Notes under the pieces: generated by a model
What the model saw: only the letters and a program-made list of their open reading frames with translations
Database searches by the model: none
What the model was told of the DNA's origin: nothing
From: Phyllosticta citribraziliensis
Taxonomy: Eukaryota
Direction: 5' to 3'
Length of the DNA stretch: 64,000 nt
Assembly (NCBI RefSeq): GCF_038025025.1
Contig: NW_027117341.1
Coordinates: forward strand, 372,001 to 436,000
Made by a program: the position numbers and the translations under genes
In this document: positions 44,511 through 55,853 of the stretch, in pieces
Layout: each line of letters begins with the position of its first letter
How positions within the stretch are numbered: position 1 is the stretch's first letter

Positions 44511-46347
44511 TGCATGCTGTGAACGAAAACGATGTTTCTACTTGTACTTGAACCGGCCGCGCCTTTTCGCTGAGTCTGGCACTCAGCATAGCTGTGGCAC
44601 TGCGTTTCTGCCTGCCTTTACGCTGCGGAGTGGCTCGCCGGGTATGCGGCCGAGCATTTAATAACGGACATGGACGGCATTCTGGATAAGACTTGGGGTG
44701 GCAGTGGCAACGCCCGCGGACGCACTCAGCGGTTGGGAGCTACCTACCTAGGACACCGAGCTGGCTTGCTTGCGTGGCAGATATCCATAGCAGACACGCA
44801 AAACTATCAGACGCCCACCAACGAAGAGACGACAATCAGACAGGCACTTCGCCTTTTACGACCACCCAGCGCATCCATCTCGCTCACAAACGCAGTGAGA
44901 TGCAACGAGATGTAAAGCTCCTCTTCCTCCGCTCACTTCAAAGACTCCACCACCCCAAGCAACAAAACAATTAAACACACCAATAAATAAACCAACAACA
45001 AATGGACGGACAGACGGACGGATGGATGACCGGAGCACCACGTAAATACAAACGGACAGACGGACGGATGGGTAGGCGGCACGGCACGGCGTTAGGTTTG
45101 GCGATTTCGACTCCCTCGGACACCTTCAGGCTTTTTCAATCAGTCAATCAATCAGATTTGATCAATCTATCGGATGACCTTTTCTCGTTTCGCTCGCTTG
45201 TGCTTTACTGCACTCTTTTTGGTCGTGTAGATGTCGTGGATGTGAATGTGAATACTGCGAGATTGCCCTGTGCTGCACGGCTCCAGGAGACTAGTTGACA
45301 TGGCGAAAACGTGACACAATCGCTGCGGCTCCTTGTAGAAAAATCGTTGGGGCAGATAGAGCACGAGAAGCCAGCAATATTGGTATGTCGCTACCGTCCC
45401 GTACCGTACCATAGCAGCGACAGACCAATGCCTGATACACATCACCATCATCTGCAGGCAAACTCAGCAAGCAGGCAAAGCCACCTTCGCAAAGATTCAA
45501 CAGCATGTTTTCACGCTTTCGAGATCCAGGAGCCACGAGAGCGAGACGATACTTCTTTCAAAACTACCTATCTCTGCCACCACCACGGCCGCCGCCGCTG
45601 ATGACGACGACGGCTACACAACGCGCAACACCACTCTCCCTCATCTCCACGCCAGCGAACTAGCGCCCCACCCAGCCAGCTACCCGCACGCACGTACGCA
45701 CGCAGCCCCAAAAAGCGCAGTCGAAGACGAGCGAGCCAGCTAGAAAGACCAAACGCAACCAACGCCCAAGAAGCAGTAGCGGCGGCCGTCTGTCCATTCA
45801 GTTAAGCAACGACAAGAGCAGACGAAATCGGATAGAAGGTCGATAGAAAAGGGGGGAACGACGAGAAGAAGACGAGCGAGCCACCGTGGCTCTGAACCAA
45901 AGCAAAGTCAAGCAAAAAACGCCAGCCATGCGACACCACACCACGCTAGTCACCTCAACCCACCTGCCTGCAAGTCTGCCATTGCGAACGATTGGGGGGG
46001 GGAGGCAGAAGCGGACACAACGAAGGGGAAAGGAAAAGAGGAAAGAGAAAGCGACAAGATATCCAAAAAGACAGACGCCTACGAAAACGCCCGCTGATGC
46101 ATTGCGTCGTGTGCCCTGGCCACACAATCCGCCGCTGCCAGGCAGACCACTGGAGTCGACAGTGGGCTGGCGCGAGGTGAGGCCAAAGACACGAGAGGGG
46201 GAGGGAGGGGGAGAGGGAGTAAAAGGCGCTGTAAATGCGGACAGATGAAGAAAAGACCGAAGCACAGGGCTCGCGTGTAAAAAGGGGTAGCGGCGTCGTG
46301 TAGTAATTCTATCACCGTGCTCCTGTCCGCTGCTCGCTGCATATCCA

Positions 46348-48422
46348 TCACGCAGCAGGCGTAACAGCAGGTGACGCAACCAGCTCCCCGCTATACGCAG
46401 CGGCAAAATCCAGCTGACTCAACTGCCCGTTGATCTGATCAATCTCCTTGCTCAGATCCTCGACGTTCTGCGCCAGCGCGCTGACCTCGTCGAACTTGCG
46501 GCGCCGGTTCGCGTCGGCAATCATTTCCGAGACGAAGAACTTCTGCTCTTCCAGCACGATCAGCCGGTTGCGCAGGTCCTTTTCTTCGGCCTCCATGGCC
46601 GAGACGGCGCTGCTGCTGCTGCCGGCCACGCTGCCGTTTTCGACCAGGTCGTTGTATTTGATGGCGGCCAGAGCGCCGTTTGGTCGGCCGTTTGGTCGTG
46701 CCTGAGAACCGTTTGGTGACGCGTGTTTGAGAATTTTGGGGAGCGACTTGAGAGGGAGCATGTGGAGGCTCAAGAAGTTGTAAGCTTGTTGATAAACATT
46801 TTTTTGGAGACGTTTTTGCACGTGGGACTCGGATGGCAAGTCGCGGATTCGCCGAGCTGCCGTGTCGAATTGGGAGAAGGCGTCCATAAGGCGTTTTCGC
46901 ACTTTGGTGGCGTCTTGAAGTTGGGTTGGTGATGGTGGGTTCTCCGGATCCCTATTTTTCAATTCAGCCCCAAACCCCATCGTAGAACTAGAATCGAGCG
47001 TACTGTAAAGCTGCGAGCAATTTCTGGAATCGTGGCAGAAGCAACTGTATCCCCCGCTTGAATTGAGACAAGTTCTCATAGGCCCGTTGGTCCCGGGGCT
47101 TGTCAGCCATCTCGTGCTCAAAGTCACTTTTGCTGAAGAGCATGTGTTTGCAGTCTCTGCACATGCGTACGTCGACGTCGACATGACCTCCGGGCTTTTC
47201 TGAAGCGTTTGGAGCTACACTTTGATCAGTGTGCGGCCTAGGAAAATAGCAAATGGAAGATCTTCTTACGCGCTGCCACACTGAGGCCAACTTCGGTCGA
47301 ACACGACGTCTTGGGATCTCCGCACACCACGCGCCCACAGAGGCGACAATGGTGTCTCCGAAAGGTGTAACTCGTAAAATCCTGCTGACAGAATGGACAT
47401 TGAGCAACACTGGAATCTTCTTCCCACGCTATTATAGATTGTTCCAATGCTCTCTGCTGAGTCTTGGCGCTTGATATTGGCCATATCAGGCTTCCAAATT
47501 CAGAAGTTTGTTCGGGCTGGGGTGGATTTGCCAAAAGCTGGGTCAGCTTGGTCAGACGCTTTTCCAGCCGACTAATCTCCAATGTGGCCTTGTCGACGTG
47601 CTTTCTCCGGATGTTCAAAAAGGCCTTGGTGTGGTCGCGCTCGAGCCCGTGGTGGTCATTGTACCCATCTCTTGACTTGTAGCACGTCTCGCATACTCGG
47701 CACCAAAATCCTCGGACGGGCTCATGTTGCGCCGCCCTCGACAGCTTCATCTGGTACATTGTATGCTCTTCGCAAAACAGCTTTCCGCAGCTCCGGCAAT
47801 TTACGGCTCCTACCGCAGGCCCCAGTCTCCTGCCACACGTGGGGTCGCTGCAGCCATCTGCAAAACTCGGCCTCTGCCAATGCGCCCTGGTCACCAATTC
47901 ATCTGGATCCTGTCTCACGACTTCCGCGGTGGGTACGGCGGCGGTTGAGGTGTAGGGTATGACGGGGGTGTCGTTTGACTCGAAAACGTCGAGGCCCTTG
48001 AGTTTTTGGTTTAGAACGGCGAGGGGCTGGAACTTCTTCGCCTTGACCATTTGCGTCTTGAACCACGTCTTGACTTCATCCTGTTCTACCTCTTCCAAAT
48101 TCTCATGCACATCATCGAGATGGCGATTGAGCTGCAGCAGGGTCATCATTTCTTCGTTGCATATTGGGCACACGAGCCTCGAGCTCGCCGAGGCGGCGGC
48201 GACGTTGTCATTGTGGTCGAGGGTGACGCGGGAGATGATGTCGTTTGCTTCGGTGTTGGAGCCAGGCGAGAGGGAGGACTGAGAGGCTAGGGACACGGAG
48301 CTCTCAGAGGGGGAGAGCAAGCTGGAATGTCGCTGGTGATTTGGACGGGGGGATATGGCAGGTGAGAGGGCCTTGGAGTTGCCCAAGGTTCGGCCTCCGC
48401 CCAGCGACCTGCGCGAGGTCAT
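46348..48422 (-). CDS. PEP7: Pep7/Vac1 (rabenosyn-5-like) FYVE-domain Rab effector
   Basis: C2H2 CPICNEEM...LNRHLDDVH; FYVE-like NCRSCGKLFC...CRVCETC; FYVE WEEDS...CPFC...RRHHCRLCGRVVC; C-terminal RRKFDEVSALAQN; two introns. Confidence 0.93.
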
Positions 48423-48829
48423 GTTGTTTGAGCGGAAGAGGTAGCGGTGGGCGCACTCAGCATCGTGGGCGCGCGGGTACCTGAGGAGGTGGTTGGTGGT
48501 TAGCTGTGGGGCGTGGCTAAGGAAGTAGCGGCGTCGCAAGAGACAGATTGCGCAGCGCGGCGACGCACAGGGTTGGAGCTGTAACCGGCCTCGCCGTCCC
48601 TGACGCTGACGAGACTGCAGGTGGAGAGCAGGGAGATGGGTTGACGCTGAGGAGAGTCGGTGACGCTGCTGACCTCATGAGCCGAAGCGGCATGCTGCCT
48701 CGCCTCAACCTTATCGATACCGGCCCGTTCACTTCACTTGGGTGAGTTCGTCATCCATTCATGGCTCGGATGGATTGATTCTTCACGCCCGTTTCACCCC
48801 ATTCCTCTGCCTTCCCCACGACACCCAAC

Positions 48830-49697
48830 ATGAGCGAAACATATCCAGAGGTCCAAGGCGGCGGCTCGCTCATTCTTGCCTGGCAGGTCAGAGGCCGTCG
48901 AGTCCTCGTGGTCGGCGGCGGCGAGGTACGCCCATGGCCAACCCTCCGACCATCTATATCCGTGTTGACGTTGACCAAAAGCCCAGGTCGCAGCCGGTCG
49001 CATCCTGAACGTCTTGAACGCCGACGCCAAAGTCACCCTTGTATCTCCACGCGACGGCCTGAACGATGAAGTTGCCTACCGCATCGAGAAGAAGCAAGTC
49101 GACTATATCGACCGCAAATTCGAGCCCTCGGATCTGGACGGCGCCGACATGGTCCTGACGGCTGTCGACGACCCTGAAGCCTCGACGCAAATATACAAGC
49201 TGTGCAAGGAAAAAAGGATACCAGCCAACATTGCCGATGTGCCTCCAGAGTGTGACTTTTACTTTGGCTCGGTCCACCGCGATGGCCCGCTGCAGATCAT
49301 GGTCAGCACAAACGGCAACGGACCCAAGCTGGCAAACATTGTGCGCCGGCAAATAGCGGCAGGGCTTCCAAAGAACATCGGAGCAGCCATACAGAAAGTC
49401 GGCCAACTGCGGCGAAAGTTGAGGAGGGTCGCTCCGGGTCCAGAAGAAGGACCCAAGCGCATGCAGTGGTGAGTCAACCCGATTGGCATTTTACCACGGT
49501 TGCAAATCTGACAGCATGACAGGATGTCCAAGGTGTGCGAAACTTGGACTCTGGAGGACTTGTGCGAAATGGACGAAAAGGACATGGAGAGACTGCTTGG
49601 ATTCTACAAGCCCAATTCCGTACCTTTATTAACCCAGCTCAGGCTCGGCGAGCACGCTCCAATCGTGGGTTTTGGTGGAGCATTTGGTTGGTGGTGA
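48830..49697 (+). CDS. MET8: Siroheme synthase Met8 (precorrin-2 dehydrogenase/ferrochelatase)
   Basis: GGSLILAWQ...VLVVGGGE|VA, ANIADVPPECDFYFGS, LQIMVSTNGNGPKLA, KRMQW|MSKVCE; stop TGA 49695-49697. Confidence 0.95.
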
Positions 49698-50006
49698 ACA
49701 AGGCCACTCGGCAATTCAATGGTAAATCGTAGGGAATCAGGCGTTGGAGGCTCACCATTCAAGGTGTTTATCGTTTACAAGACTACAGCGTCGAAGCGAT
49801 CGATGATTGAATCGTTACCAAAAAGAATCAAAGGAAACATGCTGTGGATTTCCTTGGCCTGGCGCACGTGATAGTGGGGCGTGCTTTCGGACCCCGGCAG
49901 CGGCAATCATTTCCGTCAACCATTTGGACTGGACTTCTCATTGACATCGACGTTTCTTCAACCGCCAGGCACAACATCAGCTCCAGCTGTTTTGACTCGA
50001 GCAGAA

Positions 50007-51867
50007 ATGACTTCCGAGCCTGGAGACATCGAAGATGATCAAGACACGACGGCGTCCAGGTACTACCACCACCATCTCAGTTGCCAAACGGTCTAACAAT
50101 GTAGCGACTGGATGAAGTCAATACTGAAGAAAGACTTCAACATTCAGCTAGTTATGCCCGAGGACCGGCTCTCCCCCACAGTAAGTCGGACTAGAGCGTG
50201 ACTGGAGACAAAATGTTGACCAGACTTTATTAGCCATCACGGTACGTGTGGACTTTCTTTGTTGACATCTACGCGCTGTTGCTGGCCACTGCTCAGTCAA
50301 ACAATCATCGACATAACAAGAATTTCCCCCAAACTCTAATCGCAAGCTTCTAACCAATAGATTAGAGCCTTGTATGTTCGCTGGATCAAAAGCCTCCTTG
50401 ACGACACGAATCCATTGTGGTACGAGGATTTTGACCCGGAATTCGCAGCTAGGGAAGGTGGGTGCAGAGAACAAATCGCTGGCCTGGACATGTACGTCGA
50501 CTTCCAACACCGATGGTTGCATTTCTTGCTGACAGAGACAAAGCGGAACCGGAGCATCAGCCATTTATCCCCTGCTGGCTCTTCGCCTGTATCCCAAATG
50601 GTTCATGTACGGGACGGAAATCGATACGACGAGCTTGGAGTATGCCCAGAAGAACCTCGCCGCCAACAATCTTGACGGGCGCTGCAAGCTACTGCAGAGA
50701 AACCCAACCCAAACGTTGATTCCCGCAAAGCAAGAGCTGGAGCGCACCGACTTGGACTTCGTCATGACGAACCCGCCCTTTTTCTCCTCCGTCTCCGAGT
50801 GGCAAGACTCGCTGTCCGGTAAAGGCAAGGAGAAGCCGCCAGACTCGGTGTGCACGGGCGCCGAGGCAGAAATGGTGTACGAGGGCGAAGACGGCGGCGG
50901 CGACTACGAATTCGCGCTGCGGCTGTACCGCGAGAGCACCCAGACGTCGACGGTCAGAGCGCAGTGGTATTCGGTCATGTTTGGGAAGAAACAGAGCGCC
51001 CATCGTTTCGTCACGTTTTTGCAGTCCGAGAAGGGTACGAACTTCGCCACGTTCCTGCTGGGTGCTACGAGCAGGACTCGCAGGTGGGTCGTTGCTTGGA
51101 GCTGGCTGGACTTTCGGCCTCAAAGCGTACGTATCTTGATGATGTTGTGGGCGATACTCTGGCCTGAATTATAGACAGAACCTGACGCGCAGACACAGCA
51201 TATAGCGCGCACCGAGGGCGTCCCTCCATCGCTCAACCCCTGGCCTACCGACTACAGCATACCCAAGCAGTCGCAGCAAAGCACTCAGCATATCCAGGAA
51301 AAAGTCAAGTCGGTGCTCCGCGATCTCTCCGAACCATTTGAATACAAGTGGAACGAATCGCTCGGCAGCGGCGTCTGTCGTACCCGTGAAATTGTCTGGA
51401 ACCGCTCATTCAGACGCAGAGCTAAATTGATTGCAGAGGGCAAGGTGCCGCCACCAAGCCAGCAACAGTTGACGGACGCTGGAGAAAAGCCTGTCGGCTT
51501 GGGCATGCTAGTTTCTGTTGAGGAAGAGCAGGTGCTTGTGAGGTGGACGCAGGGTGTGCAGAGGGTGTGGTTCGAGAGCTTCTGCGGCTTCCTTCACGAG
51601 CAGCTCCGACCTCTGCTGACTTCGAGAAATCCCGAACACGACAAGCAGACCCGCCGTGAGACTTTCGATCACGCTGGTCCCACTGCTTATGGCGAGCACG
51701 GTACTGCTCGAGGACAAAATGCATCAGGCGCTGAAAGACATCACACGGAAAGCGTCGGCGTAGCATCACGTCACGACCCAAGCAGCAAGAGTGCAGACAC
51801 GAGCGTAGACAAGAAGTCTTTTGACCAAACAGACACCTCTACCCGCAAACGTAGAAAACTAGCATGA
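50007..51867 (+). CDS. METTL16: METTL16/RlmF-family RNA adenine-N6 methyltransferase, divergent
   Basis: Spliced motifs SILKKDFNIQLVMPEDRLSP, GLDI|GTGASAIYPLL, GTEID, FVMTNPPFF, EMVYEG, WYSVMFGKK, TRRWVVAWSW, WFESFCGFL; C-terminal RKRRK; five introns including those around an 8-nt micro-exon. Confidence 0.88.
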
Positions 51868-51897
51868 AAACGCTCCCGGAACTCCGCCATCGAAACC

Positions 51898-53555
51898 CTA
51901 CAAGTTCATCGTAAATTCGGCACCTCCTCTCAAATCCCTCTGTTCCCACCCCCGCTCCAACAACCACCTCAATCCCTCAATCGTCTCGCGCCACCACTTC
52001 GCCGTAGCCTTGAGCTGTGGAAAGAAACCCCAAAACCCGTGCGGCAGGCCCGGATACACCATCAACCGCGTCGGCGTCTTATGCACAGTGCGCAGCTCGC
52101 GCTCAAAAATGAGCGCCTCATCTCTCAGCGGATCGAGCCCGCACACCTGGAGGAATACGGGCGGCAAGCCGGCTCTGCTGACGGGCTCACGCTCGCTGTA
52201 CAGGTTGATGAGGCGGCTGCTTAGGTCCGGTTTGTACGCGTCAACGAGGGCCTCGCAGGCTTCGGTGCTGAGGACTGGCGCGTCGCTGTTTTGGCCCCAC
52301 GACCGCATCTCCGCTTTGTAGTCGGGCGGCGGCCGCTTCGCGTCCATGATGCCGGGGATCTGCAGGCTGAGCCCTGTCAGTGGTGGTGAGAGGCCGCTGT
52401 CGCGCGCCAGCGTGCTGATGACGGCCGACATGTTGCCGCCTGCAGAGTTGCCGCCGAGGATGAAGCCATTGGTGGGGTTTGCGCGGATGAGTGGGTTGGT
52501 GTAAGCGTTTTTTGCGAGCTGCGTTGGTGGCGGTGTTAGGTCCAGCTTTATGCTTCGCTTGTGTTGTCTGGGGTCTTACCCATTGCACCACGTCCCAGCA
52601 GTCTTCGACGGGTGTGGGGAATTTGTGTTCGGGCGCCAGCCGGTAGTCAACGTTTACAACCGTGGCGCGTGTCTCTTTACAGTAGCTCCGGCAGTTCACA
52701 TCTTCGATTTCGAGACATCCGAGGCAAAATCCACCGCCGTGGAGAATCACAATGAGTGGTTGCTCATTCGGGTCCCACGGGTCTTGATAGTCGTCGTCGT
52801 CAAAGTCTTCAGTGCCGTTCGTTTTATCTCCGCCGTCGCCGTTGACCGCGTCCGCATCATCGACGTGCAGCTCGCCGTTGGCTTCTGTTTCGGTTCCATT
52901 CTCGCCATTCTTGCCCTTGGTAATTGCCCTGCCCTCGCCTGCCGGGCAGGCTGGTGGTTTTGTCGGTCTCGAAATGCTGGGCTTGTAGATGCGAATGGGG
53001 ATGCGATAATCGTCGCGGGCAGGGACCGTTGTTTCAGACACCTCAACACCGTCGAGGTCGAGATGGTCGAGCAGCGCAGCATTCATACCGCGTTTCCAGT
53101 CCGACAGCATCCAGCGATGCTCCACAATATCATCGCCCTTTTTGATTCCGGGCGGCAGCGTCGTAGAGGCGAGGAACTGCGTCGACAGTTAGCGCCAGGA
53201 CACGAGAGACGCCAAACGCCAGCCAGAAGACGAGCCAACTTCCTCTTTCGCATTTCGCCTCGTGGCGGCGGAGGTATTCGTCGTAGGGCATGCACACGTC
53301 GAGCAGCAAGGAACCTACCTCCTCCCACTCGGGGTCAATCTTTGCCAGGCTGGGCCAGTCGCTGCTGGTCAGCCACGTCCAGTCGTTGGACCACATGGCG
53401 ATGGGCAGCTTCCACACGTATTCGGCGAAGATGTAGTTCTCGACGTTGGTCCACTGGTAGTAGGGGAACTTGTCCGGGTAGTCGTACGACACAATGCCGG
53501 CGAGCGTTGAAGCGGAGAGCCTGGACAGGACGCTCGAGATATAAGACAACACCAT
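51898..53555 (-). CDS. Alpha/beta hydrolase, hormone-sensitive-lipase family (Abhydrolase_3)
   Basis: HGGGF oxyanion motif, VDYRLAPEHKFP, GNSAGG nucleophile, GLDPLRDE (Asp), GLPHGF (His); two introns. Confidence 0.92.
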
Positions 53556-54930
53556 CGCTGCCGTTATGCTCGTACCCTGGCGGTTTTGTGGTCTGTTCTT
53601 GCCGCTGCTCTTTTTGCAACCGCGCGCCCGCTACACTCAATCAAAGTCTAAAACGGGAGCAGAAGCGTGAGGGTTGAAACTGTATCTGGCTGAAGAAGCA
53701 GACCTGCCGCGAGAATCCGAGTGTCTGAGCACGCGAATAAGAGGTTGTCGTGTACGAATGGAGCCCTGATGCCTGAGCACCGTAGCGAAAACGGCAATCT
53801 TTGCACTCCTGTGCCCTCTTTACAACACCGCGACCAACCTTGACCGCCCTAACACGCTTGGCCTCATGCCTTTCGCAGGTTTGTTTGGCACAAATCGCTC
53901 TCGCTCTCGCTCTCGGCCTCGACCCTCGCGTTGAGCTTGATCAGCCATCAGCTGCTGTCGGTGCGCGTCAACGTGGTCAATTCGGGCTTTGCGGATACCA
54001 CAAACGGTTGGTGTGGTGTTTATCTCTGACGTGGTGCTGGGGGTCGCCCTGGTGTTTTGAACGCTTGCCATCGGACGGTGGGCTTGGCTGATACACCATG
54101 TGGCCGGGTTCTTGGATTTGGGGTTGAAAGGGGTTCGTGTCCATACATGTGCTCACAGCAAGACTCACGATGTGTTAGGTAACCAGATTCAAGATATGTA
54201 AGCGGCTATTCTGAGTTTAAGTGAGATATAGTAGCGGTCCGTACGTGAGTTTGACGGTAGGCTGGGACCCCAAAGTCAAATGTCTGCATCGAGCTCAGAA
54301 AATTTACAATTTTCGCGATGGCAAAGTCTTGGTAGTCCTGCAACATGTTTCGTAGTACGTCATTGTCTTTTGCATGCTGCTTGTTGCGGAATCGAACCAT
54401 GTGGCGTGGACTGCATGGTGACACGAGACAGCAGCGTAGCATCCGCATGCTGCATGTTGTCGTACAGATCCAAAAACCATCTTCAACCACTTACAGACCG
54501 CCAGCTTTGGTCCCAGTCAATTCCAGTTGTTTCAATCTTCGTGCGCATCATTTTCGCGACCATCCGCGACCCCGAAAATGGAAAATTGATGGATTCGCGC
54601 GGACTAAACGGTGCAAAGAGACGCCGCACTATGGTCGAGCGAACGAGACCAGATGGATACGAAGGTGCGCTCATGATGGAACGTCAGGCACGTTTTGTTT
54701 TCTCGTGTCGTTTGGCCCCGCCCCTGCAGAAGGCCTCGCTTCTGCAGATAGGCGCCGGCTGGAGCTATAAGACATCGCGACTACGCCGGCGCGATGCGTT
54801 CCATGGTAGAGGTTTGGAGCGTCTATTAAAAGCTGAATTCGATTTTGGACTGCTTGATCTTTACCATCTTTGTTTTGGATCACTTGTCCGTCTTGCTTGT
54901 GAACGCGCAGATCGTACGATAGCCTTGACA

Positions 54931-55853
54931 ATGATTGCCTCGTGGGCGACCCTCGTTTCCCTGCTCTGCGCGTGCCTTGTTGCCGGGCAGAATTGCGGGC
55001 TCCAGTTTGATGGAGAGGTGTGCGATGATGGCAACTGCTGTAAGTAAGCTGAGCTTCAAGAGCTGTGAGATTTGCTGAAAGGAGTTAGGTAGTCAGTATG
55101 GATGGGTGAGTATTTTGATGTCTTCTTATCTTCACTTCAGACTTCATGCGGGTTGGAAGGGAGACGCGAAGCACATGTCGGACCCTCGCATACCAAGTCA
55201 CACAGTGGTCCTTGGAATGGCACTAACAAACGCAGTGCGATACCGACGCTGCGCACTGTGATCCAGCAACGTGCCAAACTGCATATTCTGGCGCAGGGTC
55301 GTCCTGCTCTGCCGTAAGTTTGCTCGACTGTCCGAAAGTGTTGCCGACTGACCTGGATTTGAAGAAGGGAACAACGGCTGCATCTCCTGCCTTGAGCAGC
55401 ACATCATCCACTGCCTCGTCTACGACTGCTTCTCCTTCGTCACATGTTTCTTCGATCCCAGTAATCGACACGTGCGGCCCGTCTGAGCACGTTTCTTGCC
55501 CTGGCGCCGGCCCAAATGGGTACTACTACCGATGCTGTTCCTCCGCGGGACACTGTGGCCCAAAAAACTCGATTCAAGACCAGGACATGTACTGTGGGAC
55601 CGGTTGCCAGCCCGAGTACGGAGACTGTAGCGGGACGGGAGGGAACAGTGGGAACAGCACGGCGCCTCCCCCACCAAGTGGGACACCTGGGGCAGCCGGT
55701 GAAGGAGAGACTTGCGGACCCATTGTGAACAAGAAGTGCGTGGGGAAAGGCCTGTGTTGCAGCGGGAGCAATTTCTGTGGCCAAGGAACAGACTTTTGCG
55801 GAGCTGCAAACTGGTGTCAAAGCGGGTGGGGAGAGGGGGAGTGCGAGAAGTGA
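54931..55853 (+). CDS. Secreted non-catalytic chitin-binding protein with three hevein/CBM18 domains
   Basis: Signal MIASWATLVSLLCACLVAG; spliced QNCG...C..GNCCSQYGWCDT...HC...CQ...C; Ser/Thr linker; two more Cys-rich modules (CCSSAGHCG...YCGTGCQ, CCSGSNFCG...FCG...CQ); introns 55040-55088, 55106-55235 and ~55314-55363. Confidence 0.9.

Noticed and set aside
50463..50702. Two TGCAGAGAA near-matches to the METTL16 nonamer within its own CDS
   Set aside because: Mismatch in the UAC core, no clear stem, and explained by codons.
1465..51867. Dispersed sulfur/redox cluster (PLP enzyme, thioredoxin, DJ-1, MET8)
   Set aside because: Spread over 50 kb among unrelated housekeeping genes, with no shared regulator or motif seen.
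52550..53677. 375-aa plus-strand ORF
   Set aside because: Antisense shadow of the hydrolase, crossing its introns.
54206..54930. Small minus-strand ORF 54206-54490 and upstream extension of ORF 54280-55047
   Set aside because: No recognisable domain; the signal peptide and nearby TATA-like elements favour ATG 54931 as the CBM18 start.
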